Origin: Patescibacteria group bacterium
Lineage (GTDB): Bacteria > Patescibacteriota > Minisyncoccia > Minisyncoccales > JASEJS01
Direction: 5' to 3'
DNA: 31,721 nucleotides
Assembly (NCBI GenBank): GCA_030016765.1
Contig: JASEJS010000001.1
Coordinates: forward strand, 1 to 31,721
Shown: positions 16,514 through 25,574 of the stretch, one piece after another
Layout: each line of letters starts with the position of its first letter
Position numbering within the stretch: position 1 is the stretch's first letter
The notes under the pieces: generated by a model
Seen by the model: only the letters and a program-made list of their open reading frames with translations
The model's database searches: none
Told to the model about the DNA's origin: nothing
Program-made: the position numbers and the translations under genes

Positions 16514-18613
16514 CTATCGTATTACCATCCAGCTCCAAGTCTCAGCACCACCATCGATGGCAGCGGTGGTTGAAGCATTGACAAGTCCAATATTAATATA
16601 GCCATCAGCAGTTGAGGAAGCGTTTGCTCCATTAAAGATTAACCATCTTGTTGCCGAACCTGAAGCAAAATCATAAGGTGGAGTAACAATAACGTTTTTG
16701 TCTGTGGTTAAAACACCCGAAGCAGCACAATTGCCATAACCTTTACCATAATCAGCTGCGATAGCAGGTGGATCAACTGAGCAGGTTCCGAAAAGAACTT
16801 TGGAAATAGTTGTTCCGTCACCAACGCGAAGCTTGAAAGTAGAAGTTGTGGCACTAACAATGAGATTGTCATTTATTGATAAATCTCCAGCAGTGTTCTT
16901 AATTTCAGACTGAACATCTAAATAAGTTCCGGCTCCGCTAATGGTAGTGGTGGCAAGAGAAGTTAAACCAGAAACTGTTAAATCTTTGCTAACAGTTACA
17001 TTGCCTCCATCAGCAATGGTGAAGATTGTGGTAGCTCCATCTTTTGCTTCAAAAATGTTGCCAGTGCCGTCTTGACGAACGGTCAGAGCAGTTGATCCAG
17101 TATTAACTGTAATTTGAGTTGTAGTAGCAGTTAGAGTACCAGTTATGTCAGTAGCATCAGCAAAAGTCAGATTTCCACCCGAATCAAAGACATTTCCCTG
17201 AAGATCTGAAGTACCAGAAACCACTACATTATCATTTATTGATAAATCTCCAGCAGTATTCTTAATTTCAGACTGAACATCTAAATAAGTTCCGGCTCCG
17301 CTAATGGTAGTGGTGGCTAGATTTGTAGTACCACTAACTGAGACATTCCCTGAAGTATCAACTGTAAAATTAGATCCTCCCACAGTTAGGGAAGCTCCAG
17401 TAACATCCAGTCCAGCTGTGGCATCTACATTTTTAGCCAAAGTAATTTTCTCTCCTCCGTCAGTAGTAACTACTGTCAAATAAGAATTTGTCCCTTCTTT
17501 AATATCCAAGGCAGCTGTAACATTGTCTTTTAAAGAAAGGATAATAAGATCCCCTCCATCTCCGATAGTAGTATCTGCTCCAAAATTGAGATTACCGCCA
17601 TTGACAGTTAGATCATCAGCTAAAGTTAGACCACCTCCCGAAGTAAAGTCAGTTCCAGCTGCTCCGATGTTAAGTAAGAGATAATTTTTCATGTCTAAAT
17701 TAGAGCCAGCTCCAGCAGTAAAGACAATGTTATCAGTGCTAGCATCACCTAAAGTGGTAGTAGCTTTTACAGTAAGGCTACCGGTGATAGTTTCGTTTCC
17801 CGAAAGAATCTTGTTTCCAGAAATAGTTAAATCTCCTGAAACACTCAAATTACCAGCAGTAGTAATATTACCAGTATTTACCCCCACTACAAATTTAGTT
17901 CCTCCCACAGTGAAATCTCCTCCAGTGACATCGAGTCCAGATTGTGCATCAACATTTCCTGAAAAACTGACCTGGCCTGAACCAGTTTGAGTAATTGAGC
18001 CATCGATTTTTAAGGGATCGGAGATATAAATTAAGGGGTTTAAATTATTAGTCGAATCCATTATGATTTGATTGCCTAGCAAATGAAAACCCTTAGCTGC
18101 TGACAAAATAATGTTTCCTGAACCAAGGGTATTAATAACAAGATCATGATCTTCCTGATAGAGTCGGGAGGCTTTGATATTTCCAGTTACAACGAGATCG
18201 CCAGTTACGGTCTGATTTAAAGAAGAGGGTTGAACTTGCGGAACAGCTACCTCCGGAACGGCTTCCTTTGTCACTTCCTTTTTCTGACCATAAAGTTCAT
18301 TCAGCTTAGCTCTGGTTGAAGGACCAACATAACCAGTAGCCGAAATCCCATATTTTTCCTGAAAGCATTTAACTCCAGCTAGAGTTATTGAATAAAAATT
18401 TCCAGTATATTCTGGCCAGTCAAAACATCCCTCTTTATCTAAAACCTCCTGAAGAGCTTTTACATCTGGATCATTAGTTAAGCCATAATAAAGATCTCGC
18501 TCAAAATTATAGCTTTGAGCAAAAATTAAATTGGGAAATAAAATTAAGGATCCCAAAATTATTAAAGAAATTCTTCTCATAGATTTCAACAGCTCGCTTA
18601 TTTTTATTTTCAC
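16514..18613 (-). CDS. Secreted protein: N-terminal peptidoglycan-binding-like domain plus long Gly/Thr/Ser/Val beta-repeat stalk (adhesin/fibre-like)
   Basis: Signal peptide MRRISLIILG...LIFA (ATG 18580 likely); FERDLYYG...DVKALQ...FQEKYG...TGYVGPSTRAKLN; repeated GNVDAxxGLDVTG and GDLxVxG motifs. Confidence 0.8.
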   Translation of the reverse strand: MKIKISELLKSMRRISLIILGSLILFPNLIFAQSYNFERDLYYGLTNDPDVKALQEVLDKEGCFDWPEYTGNFYSITLAGVKCFQEKYGISATGYVGPSTRAKLNELYGQKKEVTKEAVPEVAVPQVQPSSLNQTVTGDLVVTGNIKASRLYQEDHDLVINTLGSGNIILSAAKGFHLLGNQIIMDSTNNLNPLIYISDPLKIDGSITQTGSGQVSFSGNVDAQSGLDVTGGDFTVGGTKFVVGVNTGNITTAGNLSVSGDLTISGNKILSGNETITGSLTVKATTTLGDASTDNIVFTAGAGSNLDMKNYLLLNIGAAGTDFTSGGGLTLADDLTVNGGNLNFGADTTIGDGGDLIILSLKDNVTAALDIKEGTNSYLTVVTTDGGEKITLAKNVDATAGLDVTGASLTVGGSNFTVDTSGNVSVSGTTNLATTTISGAGTYLDVQSEIKNTAGDLSINDNVVVSGTSDLQGNVFDSGGNLTFADATDITGTLTATTTQITVNTGSTALTVRQDGTGNIFEAKDGATTIFTIADGGNVTVSKDLTVSGLTSLATTTISGAGTYLDVQSEIKNTAGDLSINDNLIVSATTSTFKLRVGDGTTISKVLFGTCSVDPPAIAADYGKGYGNCAASGVLTTDKNVIVTPPYDFASGSATRWLIFNGANASSTADGYINIGLVNASTTAAIDGGAETWSWMVIR
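16869..16954. repeat. 86-bp intragenic direct repeat, copy A
   Basis: 85/86 identical to 17232..17317. Confidence 0.95.
17232..17317. repeat. 86-bp intragenic direct repeat, copy B
   Basis: Encodes ATTTISGAGTYLDVQSEIKNTAGDLSIND; 363 bp from copy A. Confidence 0.95.
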
Positions 18614-18615
18614 GA

Positions 18616-18689
18616 GGCTGTGGATAACTTTTTTCTAATTTTATTTTACCACATAATGTCAAGAAAAAAATAGGGAGTTATCCACAGCC
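18616..18689. promoter_or_regulatory. Pair of inverted consensus DnaA boxes flanking an extended -10 promoter
   Basis: GGCTGTGGATAACT (18616-18629) and AGTTATCCACAGCC (18676-18689) are exact reverse complements, each containing TTATCCACA; minus-strand TGg+TAAAAT at 18651-18643. Confidence 0.7.
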
Positions 18690-18782
18690 CCCTTTAAACC
18701 TCGATTTCCTTTTAAATAAAGTTGGAGTTTGTTCTAAATCAAAGATAACTAAATTCTTTTTAAGAAAATCCATCTTAGCCAT
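18678..18782 (-). other. 34-aa ORF, possible N-terminal remnant of a DEDD/DnaQ-like exonuclease
   Basis: MAKMDFLKKNLVIFDLEQTPTLFKRKSRFKGGCG*; LVIFDLE resembles the first DEDD motif. Confidence 0.25.
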
Positions 18783-18838
18783 ATTAAGGTTTGAGGTAAA
18801 AGGACCGGTAGCCAGTATGGTTATTAGTTTAAAGGTTT

Positions 18839-20563
18839 TTAGCTCCCAGTCTCCCAAAAACTAATAAGTTCATTAATTTTGGCTCGAGTGGCAGGACCAA
18901 CATACCCTGTTCCTCTTTTTAAACCAAGAGGGGTCAAAATTTCCGTAGCATATTTCTCTTGGAAACGAATAACAGCAGTTTGAGTTAAAGAAAGAAAATT
19001 TCCAGTTACTAGACCTTCAGGATAAATTTCTGGACCCTGGACTCTCAGAAATTCCTGAAGGCAGCGAACATCAGCATTATTCACTAAGCCGTAATAAAGA
19101 TTGTTTTCCAATTTTTGGCAGGAAATCAGCCAACCTCTTTCAGCTAAAATAGCATTGATTTGAGCCTGGAGTCGAGATATTTCTGCCTGAAGTTCAGCAA
19201 TGCGAGCTAGTAGGTTTTCGATAAGCCTTTTTTTAGCTATTTCTTCGGGTTCCTTAATTGAAGCTTGCCAAGAAAAAGAGTAGCTTGGCTCAAAGCCATT
19301 GAAACCCGAGATTTTGGTCTGAAGAGATGGAATGATGGTTAAAGAGGTATATTTTTCTCCAAAATCAGAAATGGTAATTTTGCCTTTTTGCTCTTTGTCT
19401 AGAGATAAAAAATCAATTGAACACTGCTCGGAATTTAGACAAAGAACATAGGGAACTTTAAAATTAACCTCGTCTTGGCCATCAAATTCAAGCTCTAAAA
19501 TTCCTTTGCCGCCAATGATCTTATGCCAATTGCCAGTCCAATTTGGAGTAGCATAAGTCACAGAGAGCTTTCCCTCCCCTAACATTGGAAGGAAATTAGT
19601 TGTGGGAATAACTCGGAAATCCTTTAAATTTTTATTTAAGTAGCAGTATCTCGGACCCAAAGAACAATTATTAACCAAAACAGCGATTGTCCAATCAGTA
19701 AAAATTTGAGAAAAATCTTGCTCAAAACCTCTTTTAGCTAAAGCTTCATTTATAGAAGGAATTCCAATTAAGGGAGATTTTAAAGAATCAACTAAAATTT
19801 CAACTCCATAATGATCAACTAAATATTGGATAAAAAGGTTGATCACCCCATAGTCATAACGAAGGTTTTGCCATTCGGTTAAAGAATCATAGGGCTTATC
19901 GATAAAATTATTTATTCTCATCTGAAGATTGCTACCTTCAAAAATTTGATCATAACCAAGTAAGGTTGGAGCATATTCAGATCGGGCTTCATTCAGCCAA
20001 ATTTCCTCAGAAACTTTCTGCTTTTTTTCTTTTTGATTAAAAGTAATTAAATGCAAAAACTCATGAGCTAAAGAACTTTTGATATTCGGCTTATCAAGAT
20101 GCTGAGCATTTAAATAAACCATCTCTCTTTGATTAGATTTTGGATTTTGAGCTTTAGAATACTCATCTCCTGAATTAAAATAGCCACCAGCTTCTTCAAT
20201 CATTTCATGAATTAAAATAGTAATTCTTTCATCATTATCAATTCCTGGCTTCCATTCTGAACCAAAAGTAGAAGTCAAAATCGGATAAATTTTATTTTGA
20301 AATTCATAGCCAAGATCAGTTAGAGCTTGATCAATTTTTTCTTTTTGGCTGGAGCTCAACTTCTGCCACCAGGCATCATCGATGTAAAAATAGAGATGAT
20401 CCGTAATTTTCCTCAAAGTTGCCATAAGTTGATTTCGATTTTCTATATCATAGGAAGAGTCAATGTTAAAAGTCTCCTGCTGACCTTGAATGTCGGCGTG
20501 CGCAAAAAGAGGGATTGCTAGAAATACTACTCCAATAAAAATTAGTTTAAGATTTTTAGACAT
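18839..20563 (-). CDS. Secreted zinc metallopeptidase (M30-like gluzincin) with C-terminal coiled coil and peptidoglycan-binding-like domain
   Basis: Signal peptide; GGYFNSGD, REMVYLN, AHEFLHLI (HExxH), WLNEARSE; C-terminal DVRCLQEFL...FQEKYA...GTGYVGPATRAKIN. Confidence 0.85.
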   Translation of the reverse strand: MSKNLKLIFIGVVFLAIPLFAHADIQGQQETFNIDSSYDIENRNQLMATLRKITDHLYFYIDDAWWQKLSSSQKEKIDQALTDLGYEFQNKIYPILTSTFGSEWKPGIDNDERITILIHEMIEEAGGYFNSGDEYSKAQNPKSNQREMVYLNAQHLDKPNIKSSLAHEFLHLITFNQKEKKQKVSEEIWLNEARSEYAPTLLGYDQIFEGSNLQMRINNFIDKPYDSLTEWQNLRYDYGVINLFIQYLVDHYGVEILVDSLKSPLIGIPSINEALAKRGFEQDFSQIFTDWTIAVLVNNCSLGPRYCYLNKNLKDFRVIPTTNFLPMLGEGKLSVTYATPNWTGNWHKIIGGKGILELEFDGQDEVNFKVPYVLCLNSEQCSIDFLSLDKEQKGKITISDFGEKYTSLTIIPSLQTKISGFNGFEPSYSFSWQASIKEPEEIAKKRLIENLLARIAELQAEISRLQAQINAILAERGWLISCQKLENNLYYGLVNNADVRCLQEFLRVQGPEIYPEGLVTGNFLSLTQTAVIRFQEKYATEILTPLGLKRGTGYVGPATRAKINELISFWETGS

Positions 20564-20579
20564 TCTTTTTTATTTCTAC

Positions 20580-20608
20580 ATTATAACCAAATATTAAAAT
20601 TAAAACAA
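20580..20608 (-). promoter_or_regulatory. Probable sigma70 promoter of the peptidase
   Basis: TTGTTT (20608-20603), 17 nt, TATAAT (20585-20580). Confidence 0.5.
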
Positions 20609-20653
20609 CTTTCAGCGTTTTATCAGCATTTATATCAACGTCATCTCAGCGAA

Positions 20654-20687
20654 CCGAAAACCGCTCCATTAAGGAGCGGCTTTTCGG
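20654..20687 (-). terminator. Intrinsic terminator-like hairpin after the S-layer-like gene
   Basis: Minus strand CCGAAAAGCCGCTCC-ttaat-GGAGCGGTTTTCGG, 39 nt downstream of stop. Confidence 0.75.
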
Positions 20688-20726
20688 TGTCCACAAGGAA
20701 AGACAAAAATTAAATCGATTAGTAGC

Positions 20727-23700
20727 TTATTCGCTGAGAGTTTTACCAGTTAAAGGCAGTTCCTTAACTTTGTAGGCATTGGTGTATTTCTTTCCATCAT
20801 ACCAGCACCAATCCCAATCCCTTTGACAAGAGGTATTACTCACCAAGCTGGTGTCATTATCTTTGGTAACATCCAAGTGGTAGGCAAAGTCATCAGTAGC
20901 ATTGGTGGTATCAGCTTTGATGGTAAAGGTTACAGTATCGCCTGCAGAAATGGGATAGTCAGTAATATCAAGCTTGAACTGATAGCCAGATTTGTAACCA
21001 GAGGGTGCAATGGTAATTCCCTGAGCTCCGGAAGGAGTATTGACCGTGGTATTTAGGCTGATGGTGTCACCAGTGGTACTAGCATAATCAACCACCGCGT
21101 CTGAAACATCGGTATCAGTCTCTAAATCAATATCCACTATTTCTCCCACCTGGAAGTAATCAGCAGCAACCTTTCCGGCTGGAAGAGCTCCAAACACATT
21201 ACCTAGATCAATATATTGATCAGCGGTAGTGGTAGAGAAAGTATCACTCGTAGTAGTCATCGCAGCATTTAAGATGCTAACGTTCAAACTTCCATCTGGA
21301 TTGTAGAAGTGAATACCATCTCCTCCAGTGACATCGCCATTCATGTAAGGCTTAACAGTGATCACAGCCAAATCAACATCTCCAGCATTAGCCTTTACAG
21401 TGAATTTAAGAACAGGGGTCTTTGCACCAGGTAACAAAGTACCAGAAGGAGTATCAGCAGCAAGATTGATAGTGGGAACACTCTTTCTCAAAATCTGAGC
21501 ATTTCCAACTATTTCAGTCCAACCTGAGCCATCCTCATCTGCTACTGTAACAGTCTGGCTAGATGCTGCTCCTTTTGCCACAATGCTGTCAGTGGTGGAA
21601 GCATGAATTCCAAATTTTGCTGCATGGCCGCTGAATGCTCCAGCATCAATACCATTAATTTTAACTCTTAGAGCAAACTCAGCAACAGTATTTTTGGCAA
21701 TCACTGGGGGTTCAACAAAGGTAAAGGTAAAGAAGGCATTACCATTACCAACAGTTTCAGGATAGGCAACTGGACCAACTGCGCTTCCAGCAAGATAAAC
21801 CTGGGCGCTGGCAAAATCGGATGTGGTCACATTAGTAGTACCTCCACTTTCATCAACCACATCAAAGACCAAATTTGCAATCATTACACCTTCATTTATT
21901 GCTTTTGCCTTCCACTTTAGCACATCTACTTCAGCTCCAGTGGTTCCTAGAGCATGGATTGCCTCTCCTGGAGTGTAGGTCGACTTGGTCCAGACATAAA
22001 GCTGACCAGTCTGACTAAAGGTCATTGCCTTACCCCAGCCGCTGCCAGTTGAGCTGATATCCTTTCCTGAACTCACACCGATTCCTCTCACATCTCCATC
22101 AGCTGCGATTCCAAAGTAGTAATTATTGGCAGTATCATAATCAGCAACTTTCACTTTCACATCAATGGCAGCAGTGGTTCCTTTGGCAATAGTTAGATTC
22201 TCGATGTTCTTGAATTCACAGTAATCCCCTGAAGCACCATCAACTAATGAAGTTATTGTGCTTCCAATCTGAGTTGCTCCTTTGTAGAGTCTCAGATTAG
22301 CCACCTTAGTGCTCGCCGGACTTGCACCAGCTGCAGTGCTTGTTGCTACATTAAGCTTCAAGTAAGTTACTTTCACATCTTCAGCAGGACCTGCTTTGAG
22401 ATAAATGGTAGCAACATGGGCATCAGTTTCGCCTTTAATGTAGGTTGAGGCAACTGGAGTATCAGCAATATTAACAGTAAGAGAACCTTCAACAATGGTT
22501 ACAGCTAAAGGAATTGCCTGGACTGGGAAGGTGCCACCAGCAGCAATGGTTTCTGCAGAGGTTACTCCTTTGACAGTGAGATCTGAAGCTGCATTAATTT
22601 CAAACCGATGGGTCTCTCCGGTTGATTGAACACTAATTCCAGTGTCAACATCAGCTTTAACAGTTAAGGTCTTTACTCTCCCAGCTGGAATGGTCCAGTT
22701 TGGATAGAAAGTGGCTGTACCACCACCACTGACAGGAGTAAATTCATTTACAGTAGCCCCAAGTTTAGTCTCACCATCAAAGATCTCGATGCTACTTAGA
22801 TCAGAGGCAATGGCATTGGTACCAGTAGCATCTTTGATGGTAATCTTTGAGATCAGAACATCCTCACCTGAACCAGCAGTAAAGGTGAATTTAGCAAAAA
22901 CAAAATCTTCAGTACCAGGGCTGACATTGGTCAAACTAATTCCAGTTGCATCAACAGACAAAGTGCCTTTATCTAAAACCTTGTGCTCGGAAACTTCACC
23001 AATGGTGTCCACAGCACTAATGTCGATCTGATCAAGCGGAACTTCAATATCAGACTCTAGGCCCTTCATCGTTAGGTCGGTCTTAGCATTAATGTAAAGA
23101 CCTGCCTGATGATCTTTAACAGCAGCTCCAGAAATGTCTCCTTTTAAGACCAAGGTCTTATTTTGTCCTTTGGGAATGTCAAAGGTTGGAGAGAAGATTA
23201 AAGTTACTACACCAGAAGAGAAACTGGCTGGACCAGCTACAACATTATCACCAACATAAGCCTTGATGTTGGAAAGCTCAGTGTCAGTGATCACAGTACC
23301 AGCGCTGGCAGCTTTAGTGAACTTTATCCTCTCAATCTTCACTCCTTCCATAGAGCCGCTGGTAGAGAATCTATAAGCTCCCCAGACTCTCTGCTTTGAA
23401 CCTTTGACATATTCTGCGTCAGAAGGATTAAGAGTTGGATCAAGGGTTACCTTCAGCTGACCGGTCTTAAAGGTGACTTCGTAACCAGCACTAACTGGCC
23501 AGCTGGAAGCCTTGACCTCAAGGAATCCTCCTGAGCTCTGACCAAGAATAGAAACATCGTCTGCCTCGTCAATGACAAAATAAGCAGTATCACCAGCATC
23601 TACTGCTACATCAGCTTTAATGTCAGCATAGACTGAGATGTCTTCATAGCTTGATTTTAGAATTCTGACATTGGCTTTGCTTAGATCAAAAGAAGCCTGG

Positions 23701-25118
23701 GAATTAGCATCTACCTCTGGTACAGTCTCACCAACTTGGGCACCACCCCAGAAAAGTTTGATGTTTTTAACATCGGTGTCTGCGCAGGTTCCTTTTAGGG
23801 TAAGAGTTAAATTGGTCAATTGAGCACTCTCTGTGTCATCCACCTGAAATCTGAAAGTATTCAAGAGCTGTTCAGTAGCACCAATAAGAACATAAGTATC
23901 TCCAGGAGTGGCATCGGTGGTGGTTGCTTTACCAGCAGAGAGAGAGGCCACAGTCTTGGCGTATCCATAAAGAGGAAATTCACCAGTAATGGCTTCTGTA
24001 GCCACAATATGTCCAGCTTCCGCAATTCCCAGTTTGATGGTGTTTCCAGGATCAGCATTGGTCCTGTCAATGGTTCCCTTAATGGTTAAAACTCTGCTCT
24101 CGCCAACTGGAATGGTCCAGTTTAGACCAGAGAAAGTCGCTGAATGAGTGGAAACATTAAGAACCTGGGTTGCGCCAAGCTTGATGGTTCCATCGTAAAG
24201 CTTGATGTTAGTTACATCATTATCTTCAGACACACCGCTCCGGGTCACAGTGATGCTAGAAATAGTCAAATCTTTGGCGGCAGCAGTGAATTTAATCTTG
24301 GTAAAGATTAAATCCTGCGCACCTTTTGCTACTACCGCAGCAGCTGGAGTATCCGGGGCTAAACTAGCAGTAGGCTCTTTAGGAACAACTTTTTCTTTTT
24401 CATTACAAGCTTCATCATACCAATAATAACCTACGGCAGTACATTCAGCCTTAGTAGTTATTTCTGCTGCTGATTTCTTGACACAACTTCCTTCTACGCA
24501 TTTATAACCGGTATCACAGTCAGCATCAGTTTGGCATTTTTTTGGTGAAGGTGCGACAGCTAAGAGGCTATTCAACTTAGCTCTGGTTTTTGCTCCAACA
24601 AAACCAGTTCCAGCTGTCAAGCCAATTGGGGTCAAGACATCAGCTGCATATTTCTCCTGGAATTTAATAACTGCCGCCTTGGTCAAAGGACCAAAGTAGG
24701 TAGTTTCATTGCCAGGAGAACCTGGACCTTCAGAAGATACCTGAGTGGCGGAATCTGAGTTTAAAACAATCTGTAAACATTTAACATCATCTCCAATCAT
24801 TCCTTGCTTTAGATCGCGATCAAAAGAAGTAATGGTGCAACCTGTTATAGCAGGACCTGCTGGCGCTTTTCCAGCTTGAAGTTTAACCAATTGCTGTTGA
24901 AGAGCAGTTAAGGTAGCAGTTAAATCAGCAACCTGAGCTTGGAGAGCTTCTACCTGATTATCATAACAAGTATCTTTGTACCAATAATAACCTGCTGCCT
25001 TACAGTCTGATTCTGTGGCTTTATTAGCTACTACTGCCGCTGTTGCTAGACTAACCAGAATAACACTCAAAGCCAAACCACCAATTACACCTACAATCCT
25101 TTTTACTAAACCAGACAT
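20727..25118 (-). CDS. Large S-layer-like/cell-surface protein (1463 aa): Cys-rich motifs, peptidoglycan-binding-like domain, about 7 beta-sandwich repeats
   Basis: Signal peptide; coiled coil; FDRDLKQG...DDVKCLQ...FGPLTKAAVIKFQEKY...TGFVGAKTRAKLN; repeated units xG...FxF.A..EDV.I..I...IKLYDG..KLG...TIPxG..KTLTVKAD; visibly higher GC than the glycan locus. Confidence 0.85.
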   Translation of the reverse strand: MSGLVKRIVGVIGGLALSVILVSLATAAVVANKATESDCKAAGYYWYKDTCYDNQVEALQAQVADLTATLTALQQQLVKLQAGKAPAGPAITGCTITSFDRDLKQGMIGDDVKCLQIVLNSDSATQVSSEGPGSPGNETTYFGPLTKAAVIKFQEKYAADVLTPIGLTAGTGFVGAKTRAKLNSLLAVAPSPKKCQTDADCDTGYKCVEGSCVKKSAAEITTKAECTAVGYYWYDEACNEKEKVVPKEPTASLAPDTPAAAVVAKGAQDLIFTKIKFTAAAKDLTISSITVTRSGVSEDNDVTNIKLYDGTIKLGATQVLNVSTHSATFSGLNWTIPVGESRVLTIKGTIDRTNADPGNTIKLGIAEAGHIVATEAITGEFPLYGYAKTVASLSAGKATTTDATPGDTYVLIGATEQLLNTFRFQVDDTESAQLTNLTLTLKGTCADTDVKNIKLFWGGAQVGETVPEVDANSQASFDLSKANVRILKSSYEDISVYADIKADVAVDAGDTAYFVIDEADDVSILGQSSGGFLEVKASSWPVSAGYEVTFKTGQLKVTLDPTLNPSDAEYVKGSKQRVWGAYRFSTSGSMEGVKIERIKFTKAASAGTVITDTELSNIKAYVGDNVVAGPASFSSGVVTLIFSPTFDIPKGQNKTLVLKGDISGAAVKDHQAGLYINAKTDLTMKGLESDIEVPLDQIDISAVDTIGEVSEHKVLDKGTLSVDATGISLTNVSPGTEDFVFAKFTFTAGSGEDVLISKITIKDATGTNAIASDLSSIEIFDGETKLGATVNEFTPVSGGGTATFYPNWTIPAGRVKTLTVKADVDTGISVQSTGETHRFEINAASDLTVKGVTSAETIAAGGTFPVQAIPLAVTIVEGSLTVNIADTPVASTYIKGETDAHVATIYLKAGPAEDVKVTYLKLNVATSTAAGASPASTKVANLRLYKGATQIGSTITSLVDGASGDYCEFKNIENLTIAKGTTAAIDVKVKVADYDTANNYYFGIAADGDVRGIGVSSGKDISSTGSGWGKAMTFSQTGQLYVWTKSTYTPGEAIHALGTTGAEVDVLKWKAKAINEGVMIANLVFDVVDESGGTTNVTTSDFASAQVYLAGSAVGPVAYPETVGNGNAFFTFTFVEPPVIAKNTVAEFALRVKINGIDAGAFSGHAAKFGIHASTTDSIVAKGAASSQTVTVADEDGSGWTEIVGNAQILRKSVPTINLAADTPSGTLLPGAKTPVLKFTVKANAGDVDLAVITVKPYMNGDVTGGDGIHFYNPDGSLNVSILNAAMTTTSDTFSTTTADQYIDLGNVFGALPAGKVAADYFQVGEIVDIDLETDTDVSDAVVDYASTTGDTISLNTTVNTPSGAQGITIAPSGYKSGYQFKLDITDYPISAGDTVTFTIKADTTNATDDFAYHLDVTKDNDTSLVSNTSCQRDWDWCWYDGKKYTNAYKVKELPLTGKTLSE

Positions 25119-25140
25119 TTAATAATCAGTAATTATTAAT

Positions 25141-25320
25141 TAATATTTATTTCTGTCGCGTCGACCTTTATTTCGCGACTTCGCGCCATCCGCGCCTCAT
25201 ATTATCCTTAAATTGCGAAGGCAATTTAAGAAATATTCATTCGGCGCGGTGTCGCTTCTCTCCAAAATTGCTTCGCAATTTTGGAGACCTCATATTTTAG
25301 GCCACGAAACCGCGACTCTC
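25141..25320 (-). ncRNA. Candidate structured 5' leader or cis-regulatory element
   Basis: Two perfect hairpins (25207-25230, 25259-25287) among GC-rich CGCG motifs in an AT-rich spacer; no family assignment possible by eye. Confidence 0.35.
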
Positions 25321-25324
25321 TTCA

Positions 25325-25573
25325 TTATTTCTTTTTCATCGCTAAAATTTTTTCAATTTCTTCAACCCGGGCTTTTAACTCCTCAAATTCGTTTCGATAA
25401 ACTATACCTTCTAACTTTTTTTCTATTCTCTTTAATCTTTCACTATGATCTACTAACATTACTGCGTGTTTATCCAATATGCCTAAAATCTGCCGATGCT
25501 GTTCGGTATTCTCATTAAAACCTTTGGCAATCATCCCAGCTAAATCTTCTAAGGTAATTTTTTTCTTCGCCAT
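25325..25573 (-). CDS. Small coiled-coil hypothetical protein
   Basis: 82 aa, ATG 1 nt after upstream stop; heptad-like RLKRIEKKLE...ELKARVEEIEKIL. Confidence 0.75.
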   Translation of the reverse strand: MAKKKITLEDLAGMIAKGFNENTEQHRQILGILDKHAVMLVDHSERLKRIEKKLEGIVYRNEFEELKARVEEIEKILAMKKK

Positions 25574-25574
25574 A

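Noticed and set aside
16869-17317. DGR template/variable repeat pair
   Set aside because: Both copies are in frame in one gene; the single difference is a synonymous C/T, not adenine-specific; no reverse transcriptase in the window
12073-18613. Prophage or integrative element (excisionase-like HTH, tail-fibre-like protein)
   Set aside because: No integrase, terminase, capsid or portal genes; the fibre-like protein has a signal peptide and cell-surface anchor
18616-18689. Replication origin
   Set aside because: Only two DnaA boxes and no dnaA/dnaN nearby; cannot be supported from this window
16428-25167. AGGTCG about 40-43 nt upstream of the S-layer-like gene and of the pseudogene as an ECF promoter element
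   Set aside because: Only two 6-bp matches, also found inside coding regions, and no shared second element; not distinguishable from chance here
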